Assembly: GCA_017624395.1 (NCBI GenBank) | Contig: JAGANE010000071.1 | Coordinates: 1 to 45,031 of the forward strand | Origin: Clostridia bacterium | GTDB taxonomy: Bacteria; Bacillota; Clostridia; Oscillospirales; CAG-272 | Direction of reading: 5' to 3' | DNA length: 45,031 nt | In this document: piece by piece, positions 8,170 to 16,930 of the stretch | Numbering within the stretch: position 1 is the first letter of the stretch | Layout of the letters: each line of letters opens with the position of its first letter | Position numbers and translations under genes: made by a program | The notes under the pieces: generated by a model | Database searches by the model: none | Told to the model about the DNA's origin: nothing | Seen by the model: the letters and a program-made list of their open reading frames with translations, nothing else

Positions 8170-8323
8170 TTTATTTCTCCCTTCATAATTTTTGATAATT
8201 TATACAGTTTCATTATATCATAAATTAAGCAATTTGTCAATGCCAAAATAGTAAAGTGCATACCGTTCACTTCTCTGTAAATAATTCTTAATTTCAAAAA
8301 GGCGAGCCTTCATAAGCCCACCC

Positions 8324-8353
8324 TTGACGCATTTTTTTCAACCTATTTATAAA
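8324..8353 (+). promoter_or_regulatory. candidate promoter TTGACG-N18-TATAAA for the giant lipoprotein operon
   Basis: TTGACG at 8324-8329 and TATAAA at 8348-8353 in a 357-nt AT-rich divergent spacer. Other AT-rich hexamers nearby make the exact choice uncertain. Confidence 0.35.
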
Positions 8354-8526
8354 ATGTCGGTCTGATTTACAGAAAATTTACAAATATAAGTATATTAATT
8401 TATAATAAAGTATTATAATCAAACAGCTGACTAATTATTGAATTCTCTTTTCGCAAGCAGCAGGTGATCTTGCGAGGAAAGTCTTCCGTAATGATCGCAA
8501 AAAACATTTTCAGAAAGGGAGAAAAG

Positions 8527-11500
8527 ATGAACCATTTTCGTCATTTCATGAAGCCCGCGCTGCTCGTACTCTTGGTTTTGTGTACGCTTTTGACCTCCTG
8601 CTTTAACAACGGCACGGCCAATACCGAAACCACCGGCACGCAACACGAGCACACCACAACCACACCCACCGAGGAGGGCACAAATCCCCCCGACACACCC
8701 ACCGCATGTACGCACGCTACCACAACGCTGGTAGGAGCAAAGCAGCCCACCTGCGCTGAGGAAGGCTTTACAGGCAACAAGGTCTGCAACGCCTGTACCG
8801 AGATCGTGGAGCAGGGCACTGCCATTGCAAAGCTTGCCCACACCTGGGATAATGGCACGATCACCAAGCAGCCCACCTGTATTTCCACCGGCGTAACCAC
8901 CATCACCTGTACCGGTTGCGGCGAATCAAAAACCGAAACCATTGCAACCGTCCCCCATAACGACGTCTACCACGACGCTTTGGACGGCACGCATAACCAC
9001 ACCTGCACCACCTGCACCATGAACGAGAACAAGGTACATACCCCAGTCGAGGGCAGTGAGGTGGTTCACGCAGCTACCTGCCTTGAGGATGCTTACAAGG
9101 AATACACCTGCTCCGACTGTAACGGTGTTTACAAGGTATACGGAACCACTGCGGCAGACAAGGCAACGGGACACAGCTGGAGCAAGTGGAATACCACCGC
9201 AGCCAACTGTACCGAAACGGGACTCAAGACCCGCGATTGCGCTTGCGGCGCTCACGAGGAGGTTGAAATCCCCGTAAACGTCAACAACCACGCATGGAAA
9301 GAAACCGAAAGAAATGCCGCTACCTGTACCGAGGACGGTAACATCACCTACACCTGCCAGCACTGTCAGGCTACCAACACACAAACCCTGACGGCTACCG
9401 GCGTTCACAGCTACCGCGAGCTGGCAAGCCGCGGCGATGGCTGGACCACGCAGGAGTGTACCGTATGTCAGCACCAGACCTCCAAGTTTGATGCTGCCAA
9501 CGTGGTTCAGGCAGAGGTCAAGGCAGATAAGATCCCCGACGACACCGCATTTGAGGTCAGCATGGAGAAGGCGAGCATCGAGTTCCCCAAGGAAGTCGTA
9601 TCTCAGCTTAAGGAAAACGCCGATGCCGACGTTTCGATCGGTGCCGACGTGGTTGCCGACAAAAACGATCTGATCAGCAATGCCACCAACCTGACCGAGG
9701 AGCAGAAGGCGCGCCTTGAAAACGTTGACGTCTACGATTTCAGCGTCAAGGTCAACGATGCTCCCGTCGCAGGCTTTGATGCATCGGTCATGGTCACCAT
9801 GCCCTACACGCTTAAGGCAGACGAGGATCCCGACGGCGTTATCATCTGGTACGTAGCAAACGACGGAACGATCGAGGAGATCGCCGCCACCTACAACACC
9901 GAGACAGGCATGGTATCCTTCTCGGTTGAGCACTTCTCCTTCTATGCGGTTGCCTATAAGGAAACGCAGGAGATGCAGTGCCGCCGCGGCAATCACGATT
10001 ATCAGCCCACCACCGAAAAGTACGATGCTAACTGCGAGAGCTTTGGCTACACCGTTTACAAGTGCAGCTGCTGCAACGCCAGCACCATCGACGATATTGT
10101 TGAAAAGCAGGATCACGCTTACGGCGCAATCATTCCCGCCGAGCCCACCTGTGACGAGGGCGACTACGAAACTCGCGTTTGCGCAAACTGCAACCACGAG
10201 CTGCTCGTCAAGTATGTTCGCGCACTCGGACACACGCTGGACGGAGTTGCAACCTGCACCACTCCCTCCACCTGTACCACCTGTAAGCAGGTTGTCACTC
10301 CCGCACTCGGTCACAATTGGACCGAATGGACGGTTGTGGTTGAGCCTACCGAGATCAACTCGGGTCTGCGCCGCCGTCACTGCCCTGCCTGCGGAGAGGT
10401 TGAGGAGGTTCGTCTTGCCGCAACCGGCAACATCAAGCCCCTTTCCTTCAGTTCTTATCAGGAAATGCTGGAGCTGATCTTTGCAGAGGCATTCAACCTT
10501 GGCAACGGCTCGCTGACAGCAACCTACTCCATGAACGGTGTGACCTATACCGTCAATGCAAAGGTCAACGAGGAAAACAATTCCTATCTTATGCTGGTCG
10601 ATCTGACAGAGACGGTGACCCTTGAGGACGGAACCACCCGTTCGGCTACGATCAGTGCATTCTATCGCAACGGCGTATTTGCTTACGCAAGATCGAATCA
10701 GACCGAGACTTGGGTGGAGATCTCCGATCTTCCCACCTACTTTGCTCTGCCGTTTGACGTTTACATGGAATACGCCAAGCAGACGTTTGAAGCGTTGGAT
10801 CCCATGGCTGCCGCTTACCTTGCACAGGCAAGAGAGCTGCTTGCGCACTACAGCGAGATCTGCGGTGAGGAGATCAACGCAGCACTTGCAGCAGCAGGCG
10901 CAGAGTACACCGTAGAGGATCTTTCCAAGATTCTTGATTCCTTTGAGACCGTCTATGCTTACGCCGCACTCAAGCTTGGCTATCAGCCCTCTCTCTCCTT
11001 GAAGGATGGCGTAGAGATTCCCACCAAAAATGATCTTTTGACCGTGCTTTCCGCGTTCATGACACCCACTCAGGGAGAGGGACGCACCGACTATGCATGG
11101 AACATTGAGCCTCTCATGACCTCGATCAACGGTGTGATCGGCTGGTTTGAGGCACACAACGAAATGGCACTTTCCGAGGTCTTCTATGAGATCTTTGGTG
11201 CCGACATCGTAGCAACCTATCCCGAATTGACTGATTGGGAAGCCTGCGTATCCTATATCCGCCAGCAGTTCCCCGGAACCATGACCATCAAGGATGCAGT
11301 GGATCTCCTGATCTCCACGCTGGAGACAAACGAGATCTGCACGATGGCAGAGCTTTACGAGATCATCGATACCATCGCCCTTGAAGCTACGGGCAACGAG
11401 TTTGATTGCGAGGCATTTGTTGCCGAAAACGGCAGCCTGACGCTGGACGATCTTGTTGCAGCAATGTTTGAGGACGAGGATGCAACCCTGGAAGCGTTCT

Positions 11501-14500
11501 ACAAACAAATGAACGAAATGCTGACTACGGTCACGCTTGGCGAGACCGCCATCACGCTCCAAGGCGAGCCGGTTGAAATCGCAGAGCTGACGGCAATGCT
11601 CAAGCAGTATCTGACCGTGCTTGACGTTGATATGGATCTCTCCTTTGCAGTGGATGCAAACGGCAACCTGATCTCGATCAAGCTGGATGAAAAGCTGGAT
11701 ATGCTGCAGCCCGGCGAAACCGAAAGCTCCGAGCCGATCCGTGTCACCTTTGAGAATATTTCGGTAGAGGTCAAGATCGACGACAGCGTAAAGGTTGAAA
11801 TTCCCGCTGTATTCCAGCCCATTGCAAATGACCGCGTTACTGCTTCCTACGACAATGCAGGCAATCTGGTTATCAGCGGTTTGAACGGTACGTTTGAGAC
11901 CACCATTGCCATCAAGGGCTACAATACGTTCAACATCGGCGATTTGCTCAAGAAAGACGATACCATGTCCGCAGAGCTCGGCTACGACGTATATGCCTTT
12001 GACAAATCCTTCTGGAGCAGCTCCAACATGACGGAGAACCTGATCAAGGTAGGCGACAAGTATTACGAATACCACACCGAGTACGTCGACGGCTATGATG
12101 AGGTCGCCAAAACCATCGTATGGGCAGATATTTTGAACGATCCTACACTGATCCTGCCCGAAGAAGGCACCGCGCCTTACGCTTATTACAATTCCGTTGA
12201 CGCATCCGGCAACGAGCTCCGTACTCCCGTTTATTCTACCGTTCTCGGTTACGTTTACCAGACCGCCAACGGTTGGGAATATGCTTTGACGTACAACACC
12301 TACGGAAACGGATACTACGACAAGGAAAATGACAAATACGTTTACGAGACGTTCTTTGAAGTTACGCAGAGTGTTACTCTGGAGGAACTGATGCAAAACA
12401 TTCGCATCAGCTCGATCTCCAATAACGATTATGCAAAGCCCATCCTTTACAACGGCGTTGAGATCAGACTCGGCGAAGTGATTGTAGACTTTGGTATTGA
12501 GGATTATTTCTCCAACGCTTATTTGGATGGCTACGTAGACGGCAACGACATCGTTCTGGTACAAACCAATTGGCACAGCGGCTACAATCAATACGTGCTT
12601 GATGCAGAGGTCACCACGCTTCCCAATTACGATTGGCAAAGCAACAGCTCAATGGCAGGCAACAAGATCGTGGATGCCAACGGCAACGAAGTAACCGCAA
12701 GCATCAGCATGGTTTACTTCTATGCTTACGTTCCCACCTATTACGTCAAGGTCAACAACACCACCTTTGCAACGCTTTACAACGTCAAAGAGGGTATCTA
12801 CGTTGAGGATCTGGAAAAGATCACCCTGCCCGACGGAAATGAAATGTACGTTCTGGGCAACGAGCCTTGGAGCGGCGAGACCCTTGTTTACGGCTTTGTG
12901 GAAATTGCAGACGGCGTCTTTGTACAAACCGTTTGCAGATATCAGGGCGAGACGCTTGTTGACGTCCGCTACCGCGAAGCACGCACCGATTATCATGCAT
13001 CCTATTCTCAGATGTATCGCATTGAGGACTACGTAACCAAAAATGCTGACGGAAGCTACACCATTAAGGCAGAGCTGATCGCAAAGCTGAAGTCTCATTG
13101 CACCGAGGAGGGCGACTCTTACGCATTTGATATCCGTGCATCCTACGAGGCAAACGGCACAACCTACGATGCATTCTACACGGTGGGTGCTTACATGATT
13201 CCCGAGCAGATCAAGATCGGCGTTGGCGGCAGTCATGGAGAGGCCGAAAAGGACTTCTCATGGGATCACCTCTTTGGTGAAAACGATCAGGCGATGTACG
13301 AGACCGTGATCAACGATGACGGCTCCTTGACCATCTTCTTCCGCAACGGCAAGAAGATCAACGTCTCCTATCAGCTTGGTTGGGAGATTCCCGCCGAGGG
13401 CTTTTTGACCTACAATGAGCAAAAGTCCGAGGAAACAGGTCTTAATATCTACGACCGTGTCACCTCCTACACCAGCGGCTCCAACTACGTCTTCAAGGAC
13501 GGCAAGTACTATCACTACAGTTATATCCCCGTTTACGATCTTGCCACGGTAGAAAGCTATGCCGAGCTGATCACAAACGGCTGGTATTTCAGTGAGTTCT
13601 CCTACAGATACGATTTTAAGGACAAGACAACGGGAGAGATCCTGCCCGTTTACGATGCAAACGTTTGCTTCTTCAACAGTGATAAGTACTCCTTCTATCC
13701 GAATGTCATCAGCGTGTTCTTTGTTGTCAAGGAAGGACAGCTTTACGCGCTGACGCAGGCAGAGGAAAACGGCGAGTCTGTACTCCAGTTTGAGGGCATG
13801 ATGCCTGCCGACGAGTATTTTGCATCCCTGACCGTAGAGTACGGCACAGAAAACAGCTATCCCTCTACCGTTTATTACAACGGCGCACTGATTCCCGTCA
13901 ACTCCGTAACACTTTACCTCTATGAGAACGACGAGAACGGTGCTCCCATTACAGATGAGAACGGCGAGAAGATCGCAAAATACAGCACCACCGTTTACTT
14001 CATCACTATTGATGGACAAAAGCAGTACGTGCGTATGTTTGACTACCTGAACGATACCTACCTCAAGGTAGGCGAGGAAGCGCAAGTCAACACGTCCGGA
14101 TACACCGTTACGTATAGTGACTCCGAGTATGTCAACGGTACCTTTAACTTTGCATATGTAAGCAAGGTCTACACCAACACGCAGCACTACGTCATGCTGG
14201 CAGGAAGGTGCTATTACTACGACAACGAGTACTATAGCTACCAAAATCAAAAGATCACGGAGGATGACTTCAACAGCGAGGCTGCCGAGCTTCTTTGGGC
14301 ATACATGGCTGTGGATCCCGCAACCGGCGCTACGAAGTATTATGGCAAGATCGACTTTGATTACGACAGCAACGATAATGCCTTTGTGGTTTTGACCGAG
14401 GAATTGGCTGAAGCACCCAATTACACCGATTGCGAATCGTATCAATTTGACGAAAAGACCGCAGACGGTTGGACGGTTTGGGAGATCAGCTACTATGAGA

Positions 14501-14877
14501 TCTCCGAAGAAGAGTGGACGATCACCGAGCTGGACGACGGCACCGTGTTCTATGAAAAGGACGGCGAGGGCTACCTTAAGGGACAGGACGGTTACTACGT
14601 TTACGCTCGAAGAATCTACGATTGGGATGCCGACGGAAACTACTATGTGTGCGAGCTTGACCGCGCATATCTTAACACCGATGACATCAAAAAGATGGGC
14701 ATTATGGATGAGTATTTCGTACTCAACGATGCAAAAACCATGCTTACCATCTCCAAGGATCTCCTTGATCTGATTCCCGAGGAATGCCGTGATGATTTCT
14801 ACATTTATATCAACACGGGATACGGGGACGAGGAAATCTCTTACTACGAGCTGGAAGGCTTGTTCATGCTGAACTGA
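8527..14877 (+). CDS. giant surface lipoprotein (2116 aa) with two arrays of Cys4 mini-modules and a Tyr/Asp/Asn-rich beta-type C-terminal 1500 aa
   Basis: Start chosen at ATG 8527 (RBS AAAGGGAGAAAAG). The signal peptide MNHFRHFMKPALLVLLVLCTLLTSC has the lipobox LTSC and is followed by a Thr/Pro-rich linker. No LPXTG, SLH or choline-binding repeats were seen. Confidence 0.85.
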   Translation: MNHFRHFMKPALLVLLVLCTLLTSCFNNGTANTETTGTQHEHTTTTPTEEGTNPPDTPTACTHATTTLVGAKQPTCAEEGFTGNKVCNACTEIVEQGTAIAKLAHTWDNGTITKQPTCISTGVTTITCTGCGESKTETIATVPHNDVYHDALDGTHNHTCTTCTMNENKVHTPVEGSEVVHAATCLEDAYKEYTCSDCNGVYKVYGTTAADKATGHSWSKWNTTAANCTETGLKTRDCACGAHEEVEIPVNVNNHAWKETERNAATCTEDGNITYTCQHCQATNTQTLTATGVHSYRELASRGDGWTTQECTVCQHQTSKFDAANVVQAEVKADKIPDDTAFEVSMEKASIEFPKEVVSQLKENADADVSIGADVVADKNDLISNATNLTEEQKARLENVDVYDFSVKVNDAPVAGFDASVMVTMPYTLKADEDPDGVIIWYVANDGTIEEIAATYNTETGMVSFSVEHFSFYAVAYKETQEMQCRRGNHDYQPTTEKYDANCESFGYTVYKCSCCNASTIDDIVEKQDHAYGAIIPAEPTCDEGDYETRVCANCNHELLVKYVRALGHTLDGVATCTTPSTCTTCKQVVTPALGHNWTEWTVVVEPTEINSGLRRRHCPACGEVEEVRLAATGNIKPLSFSSYQEMLELIFAEAFNLGNGSLTATYSMNGVTYTVNAKVNEENNSYLMLVDLTETVTLEDGTTRSATISAFYRNGVFAYARSNQTETWVEISDLPTYFALPFDVYMEYAKQTFEALDPMAAAYLAQARELLAHYSEICGEEINAALAAAGAEYTVEDLSKILDSFETVYAYAALKLGYQPSLSLKDGVEIPTKNDLLTVLSAFMTPTQGEGRTDYAWNIEPLMTSINGVIGWFEAHNEMALSEVFYEIFGADIVATYPELTDWEACVSYIRQQFPGTMTIKDAVDLLISTLETNEICTMAELYEIIDTIALEATGNEFDCEAFVAENGSLTLDDLVAAMFEDEDATLEAFYKQMNEMLTTVTLGETAITLQGEPVEIAELTAMLKQYLTVLDVDMDLSFAVDANGNLISIKLDEKLDMLQPGETESSEPIRVTFENISVEVKIDDSVKVEIPAVFQPIANDRVTASYDNAGNLVISGLNGTFETTIAIKGYNTFNIGDLLKKDDTMSAELGYDVYAFDKSFWSSSNMTENLIKVGDKYYEYHTEYVDGYDEVAKTIVWADILNDPTLILPEEGTAPYAYYNSVDASGNELRTPVYSTVLGYVYQTANGWEYALTYNTYGNGYYDKENDKYVYETFFEVTQSVTLEELMQNIRISSISNNDYAKPILYNGVEIRLGEVIVDFGIEDYFSNAYLDGYVDGNDIVLVQTNWHSGYNQYVLDAEVTTLPNYDWQSNSSMAGNKIVDANGNEVTASISMVYFYAYVPTYYVKVNNTTFATLYNVKEGIYVEDLEKITLPDGNEMYVLGNEPWSGETLVYGFVEIADGVFVQTVCRYQGETLVDVRYREARTDYHASYSQMYRIEDYVTKNADGSYTIKAELIAKLKSHCTEEGDSYAFDIRASYEANGTTYDAFYTVGAYMIPEQIKIGVGGSHGEAEKDFSWDHLFGENDQAMYETVINDDGSLTIFFRNGKKINVSYQLGWEIPAEGFLTYNEQKSEETGLNIYDRVTSYTSGSNYVFKDGKYYHYSYIPVYDLATVESYAELITNGWYFSEFSYRYDFKDKTTGEILPVYDANVCFFNSDKYSFYPNVISVFFVVKEGQLYALTQAEENGESVLQFEGMMPADEYFASLTVEYGTENSYPSTVYYNGALIPVNSVTLYLYENDENGAPITDENGEKIAKYSTTVYFITIDGQKQYVRMFDYLNDTYLKVGEEAQVNTSGYTVTYSDSEYVNGTFNFAYVSKVYTNTQHYVMLAGRCYYYDNEYYSYQNQKITEDDFNSEAAELLWAYMAVDPATGATKYYGKIDFDYDSNDNAFVVLTEELAEAPNYTDCESYQFDEKTADGWTVWEISYYEISEEEWTITELDDGTVFYEKDGEGYLKGQDGYYVYARRIYDWDADGNYYVCELDRAYLNTDDIKKMGIMDEYFVLNDAKTMLTISKDLLDLIPEECRDDFYIYINTGYGDEEISYYELEGLFMLN

Positions 14878-14918
14878 TCAAAATTTCCACAAGGTACTAC
14901 CTTACGGATCCAAAACCC

Positions 14919-14947
14919 ACGGGGATGTCGCCAAGCGGCATCCCCGT
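14919..14947 (+). promoter_or_regulatory. GC-rich hairpin between the giant gene and the downstream genes (no U-tract); possible partial terminator or processing site
   Basis: ACGGGGATG ... CATCCCCGT, a 9-bp stem with an inner CGC-caa-GCG extension, 42 nt after the stop at 14877 and 33 nt before the ATG at 14980. Confidence 0.4.
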
Positions 14948-14979
14948 ACGACAAAAATCCAACAGAAGGGAGAAAGCAT

Positions 14980-16257
14980 ATGAAGATCACCAACGTCACA
15001 CGCACCGCGGCACTTCTGCTCTCCCTTTTTCTGTTGATTTCAGCCGTTTCCTGCCATCGGGGCAGGGATAACAACACCGAGACCGAGCGTACACTCGTTC
15101 TGACGGTGGAAACGCCCCCCGCCAACTATTCTGCCGAGCAGATCCGTGCAAAATCCGAGCGCATGGCATCTCTTGCGGCGGCTCTTGTTTGCAAGACCGA
15201 GGGGCTTGTTTTGAATGAAACGCAATTGCAAAAGCTTTCCGCAAGCATTTCACAAAGTGTTTTTCCCGTCCTTGCGGAAATTCCCGTCTATCCCGAGGAG
15301 CTTGACGCGCTTCTGAGCGCCGCCGAGAGTCTGCTTGATGCACATACCGAGGGACAAGCAAACAACCGTCTTTTGTGGTTCCGTTTTTATCAAAGCCATC
15401 TGACCTATCTTGGAAGCACCCGAACAGGAATGCTTTGCTACCGCTTTATTAAGATCTCTTTGCTGCAGGGTGCCGAGGACTGTGACGCGCGCTACGAGCA
15501 ATACGGCTACGCGTGGTATCAAGAGGACGCCCTGCGCTGCCGCGCCCTTGCCTCGCGTCTGGAGACCGAGCTTGGCGAAGCCGCCCTTTGCGGTGCCGTG
15601 GAAACGATTGCCTTTGCCGCCTCACTCATGCTTGGCGCCCAGCAAAACGGACAGGACAGTCCGCTATCTCTGACCCCCGACGAGCTGGTGCTGCTTTTAC
15701 AAAAGCAATCGGCACACTTTGCCGAGCAGGAGCTGACCGAGGCACAGTGGGGACTGCTTGGCGAGCTGCTTGGCGAATGCTCGGTGCGCGGTGTTGATGC
15801 CGCACTGCAGGGAGAATTGACCGCACTGCAAACAAACGGCTATTTTGGAAAAGCCGCAAAAGCGATGCCCGCACTGCTTGGATTGTATCGGGCAATCACC
15901 GAGCGCATGACGCCTGCCGATACCCAAAAGATCTTTTTTTCCGAGAATTCCGCAGAGCGCACCGAGGGGATCTGCCACGTTCTGCGCTCCTGCGAGAGCG
16001 AATTTTTTGTCTTTACCCAAGCCTTTGAAACCTACGCCGCAAGCAAAAGCGCCGCCGAGGAGACCGCACTGAAGCGGGGGAAGCTATGGGAGGACTGTCA
16101 AGCCTTTCTCGCAGAACATCCCGCCATAAACGCAGAGGCACTGTTCCATGCTGTCAGCACCTGCACCGCAGACACCGCCAATACCGCCGAGCAAGCATGG
16201 AAAGCCTATTTTGCCGCACATCTTCCGTATCTGACCTATCTCTTGCAAAGAATGTGA
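14980..16257 (+). CDS. helical lipoprotein (425 aa), function unknown; candidate extracytoplasmic partner of the adjacent ABC transporter
   Basis: Signal peptide MKITNVTRTAALLLSLFLLISAVSC with lipobox AVSC and RBS AAGGGAG. The composition is Ala/Leu/Glu-rich. The gene ends 13 nt before the ABC ATPase gene. Confidence 0.8.
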   Translation: MKITNVTRTAALLLSLFLLISAVSCHRGRDNNTETERTLVLTVETPPANYSAEQIRAKSERMASLAAALVCKTEGLVLNETQLQKLSASISQSVFPVLAEIPVYPEELDALLSAAESLLDAHTEGQANNRLLWFRFYQSHLTYLGSTRTGMLCYRFIKISLLQGAEDCDARYEQYGYAWYQEDALRCRALASRLETELGEAALCGAVETIAFAASLMLGAQQNGQDSPLSLTPDELVLLLQKQSAHFAEQELTEAQWGLLGELLGECSVRGVDAALQGELTALQTNGYFGKAAKAMPALLGLYRAITERMTPADTQKIFFSENSAERTEGICHVLRSCESEFFVFTQAFETYAASKSAAEETALKRGKLWEDCQAFLAEHPAINAEALFHAVSTCTADTANTAEQAWKAYFAAHLPYLTYLLQRM

Positions 16258-16270
16258 AAGGAGAAGCCAA

Positions 16271-16930
16271 ATGATGTTAACCGCCACACAACTGTATCAT
16301 AGCTACGGCGATCAGGTCATTCTTTCGGGCGTGGATCTGACCGTTCAAAAGGGCGAGCTTCTCTCGATCATGGGGGAAAGCGGAAGCGGAAAAAGCACCT
16401 TGCTTTCGATCCTTGCAGGCAATCTGCGACCCGACCGAGGAAGCGTCCTGCTGGACGGTAAGGAGATCTCGTCGATGGGGGAGCGGGAGCTTGCCGCGCT
16501 TCGTCGCACCTCCCTCGGTTTTGTCTATCAATCGCTCAATCTCATTCCCACGCTCAACGCCCGTGACAATATCCTTTTGCCGCTTCTTTTAGATCGAAAG
16601 GATCTGTCCCGCGGAAAGGAAAAAATGCAGGAGCTTGCCGATTATCTTCGCATCGGGCATTTGCTTACAGCGTTTCCCAACACCATGTCGGGCGGCGAGC
16701 GGCAACGCGTTGCCATTGCACGAGCTATGGTACATGACCCCTTGGTTTTGATGCTGGACGAGCCGACGGGGAGCCTTGACAGTCGCTCCACCCGCGAGGT
16801 CATGGAGCTTTTGCGGGAGCTGAACCAAAGCAGGGGGGTCACTGTTGTGCAGGTTACACACAGTGCCGATGCGGCAGCCTATGGAACGCGCACCGTAACG
16901 CTTCACGATGGGCGGTTGATCGAGTCATGA
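16271..16930 (+). CDS. ABC transporter ATP-binding protein, MacB/LolD/FtsE-like
   Basis: Walker A GESGSGKST, Q-loop, signature MSGGERQRVAIARA and Walker B LMLDEPTGSLD. At 219 aa it has the size typical of FtsX-partner ATPases. Confidence 0.92.
   Translation: MMLTATQLYHSYGDQVILSGVDLTVQKGELLSIMGESGSGKSTLLSILAGNLRPDRGSVLLDGKEISSMGERELAALRRTSLGFVYQSLNLIPTLNARDNILLPLLLDRKDLSRGKEKMQELADYLRIGHLLTAFPNTMSGGERQRVAIARAMVHDPLVLMLDEPTGSLDSRSTREVMELLRELNQSRGVTVVQVTHSADAAAYGTRTVTLHDGRLIES

Noticed and set aside
8464-8526. Upstream in-frame extension (MILRGKSSVMIAKNIFRKGEK) of the giant lipoprotein ORF. A similar extension precedes the third giant gene at 36479-36565.
   Set aside because: The extensions have non-ATG or poorly placed starts and no RBS. 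The internal ATGs at 8527 and 36566 have RBSs and begin canonical signal peptides.
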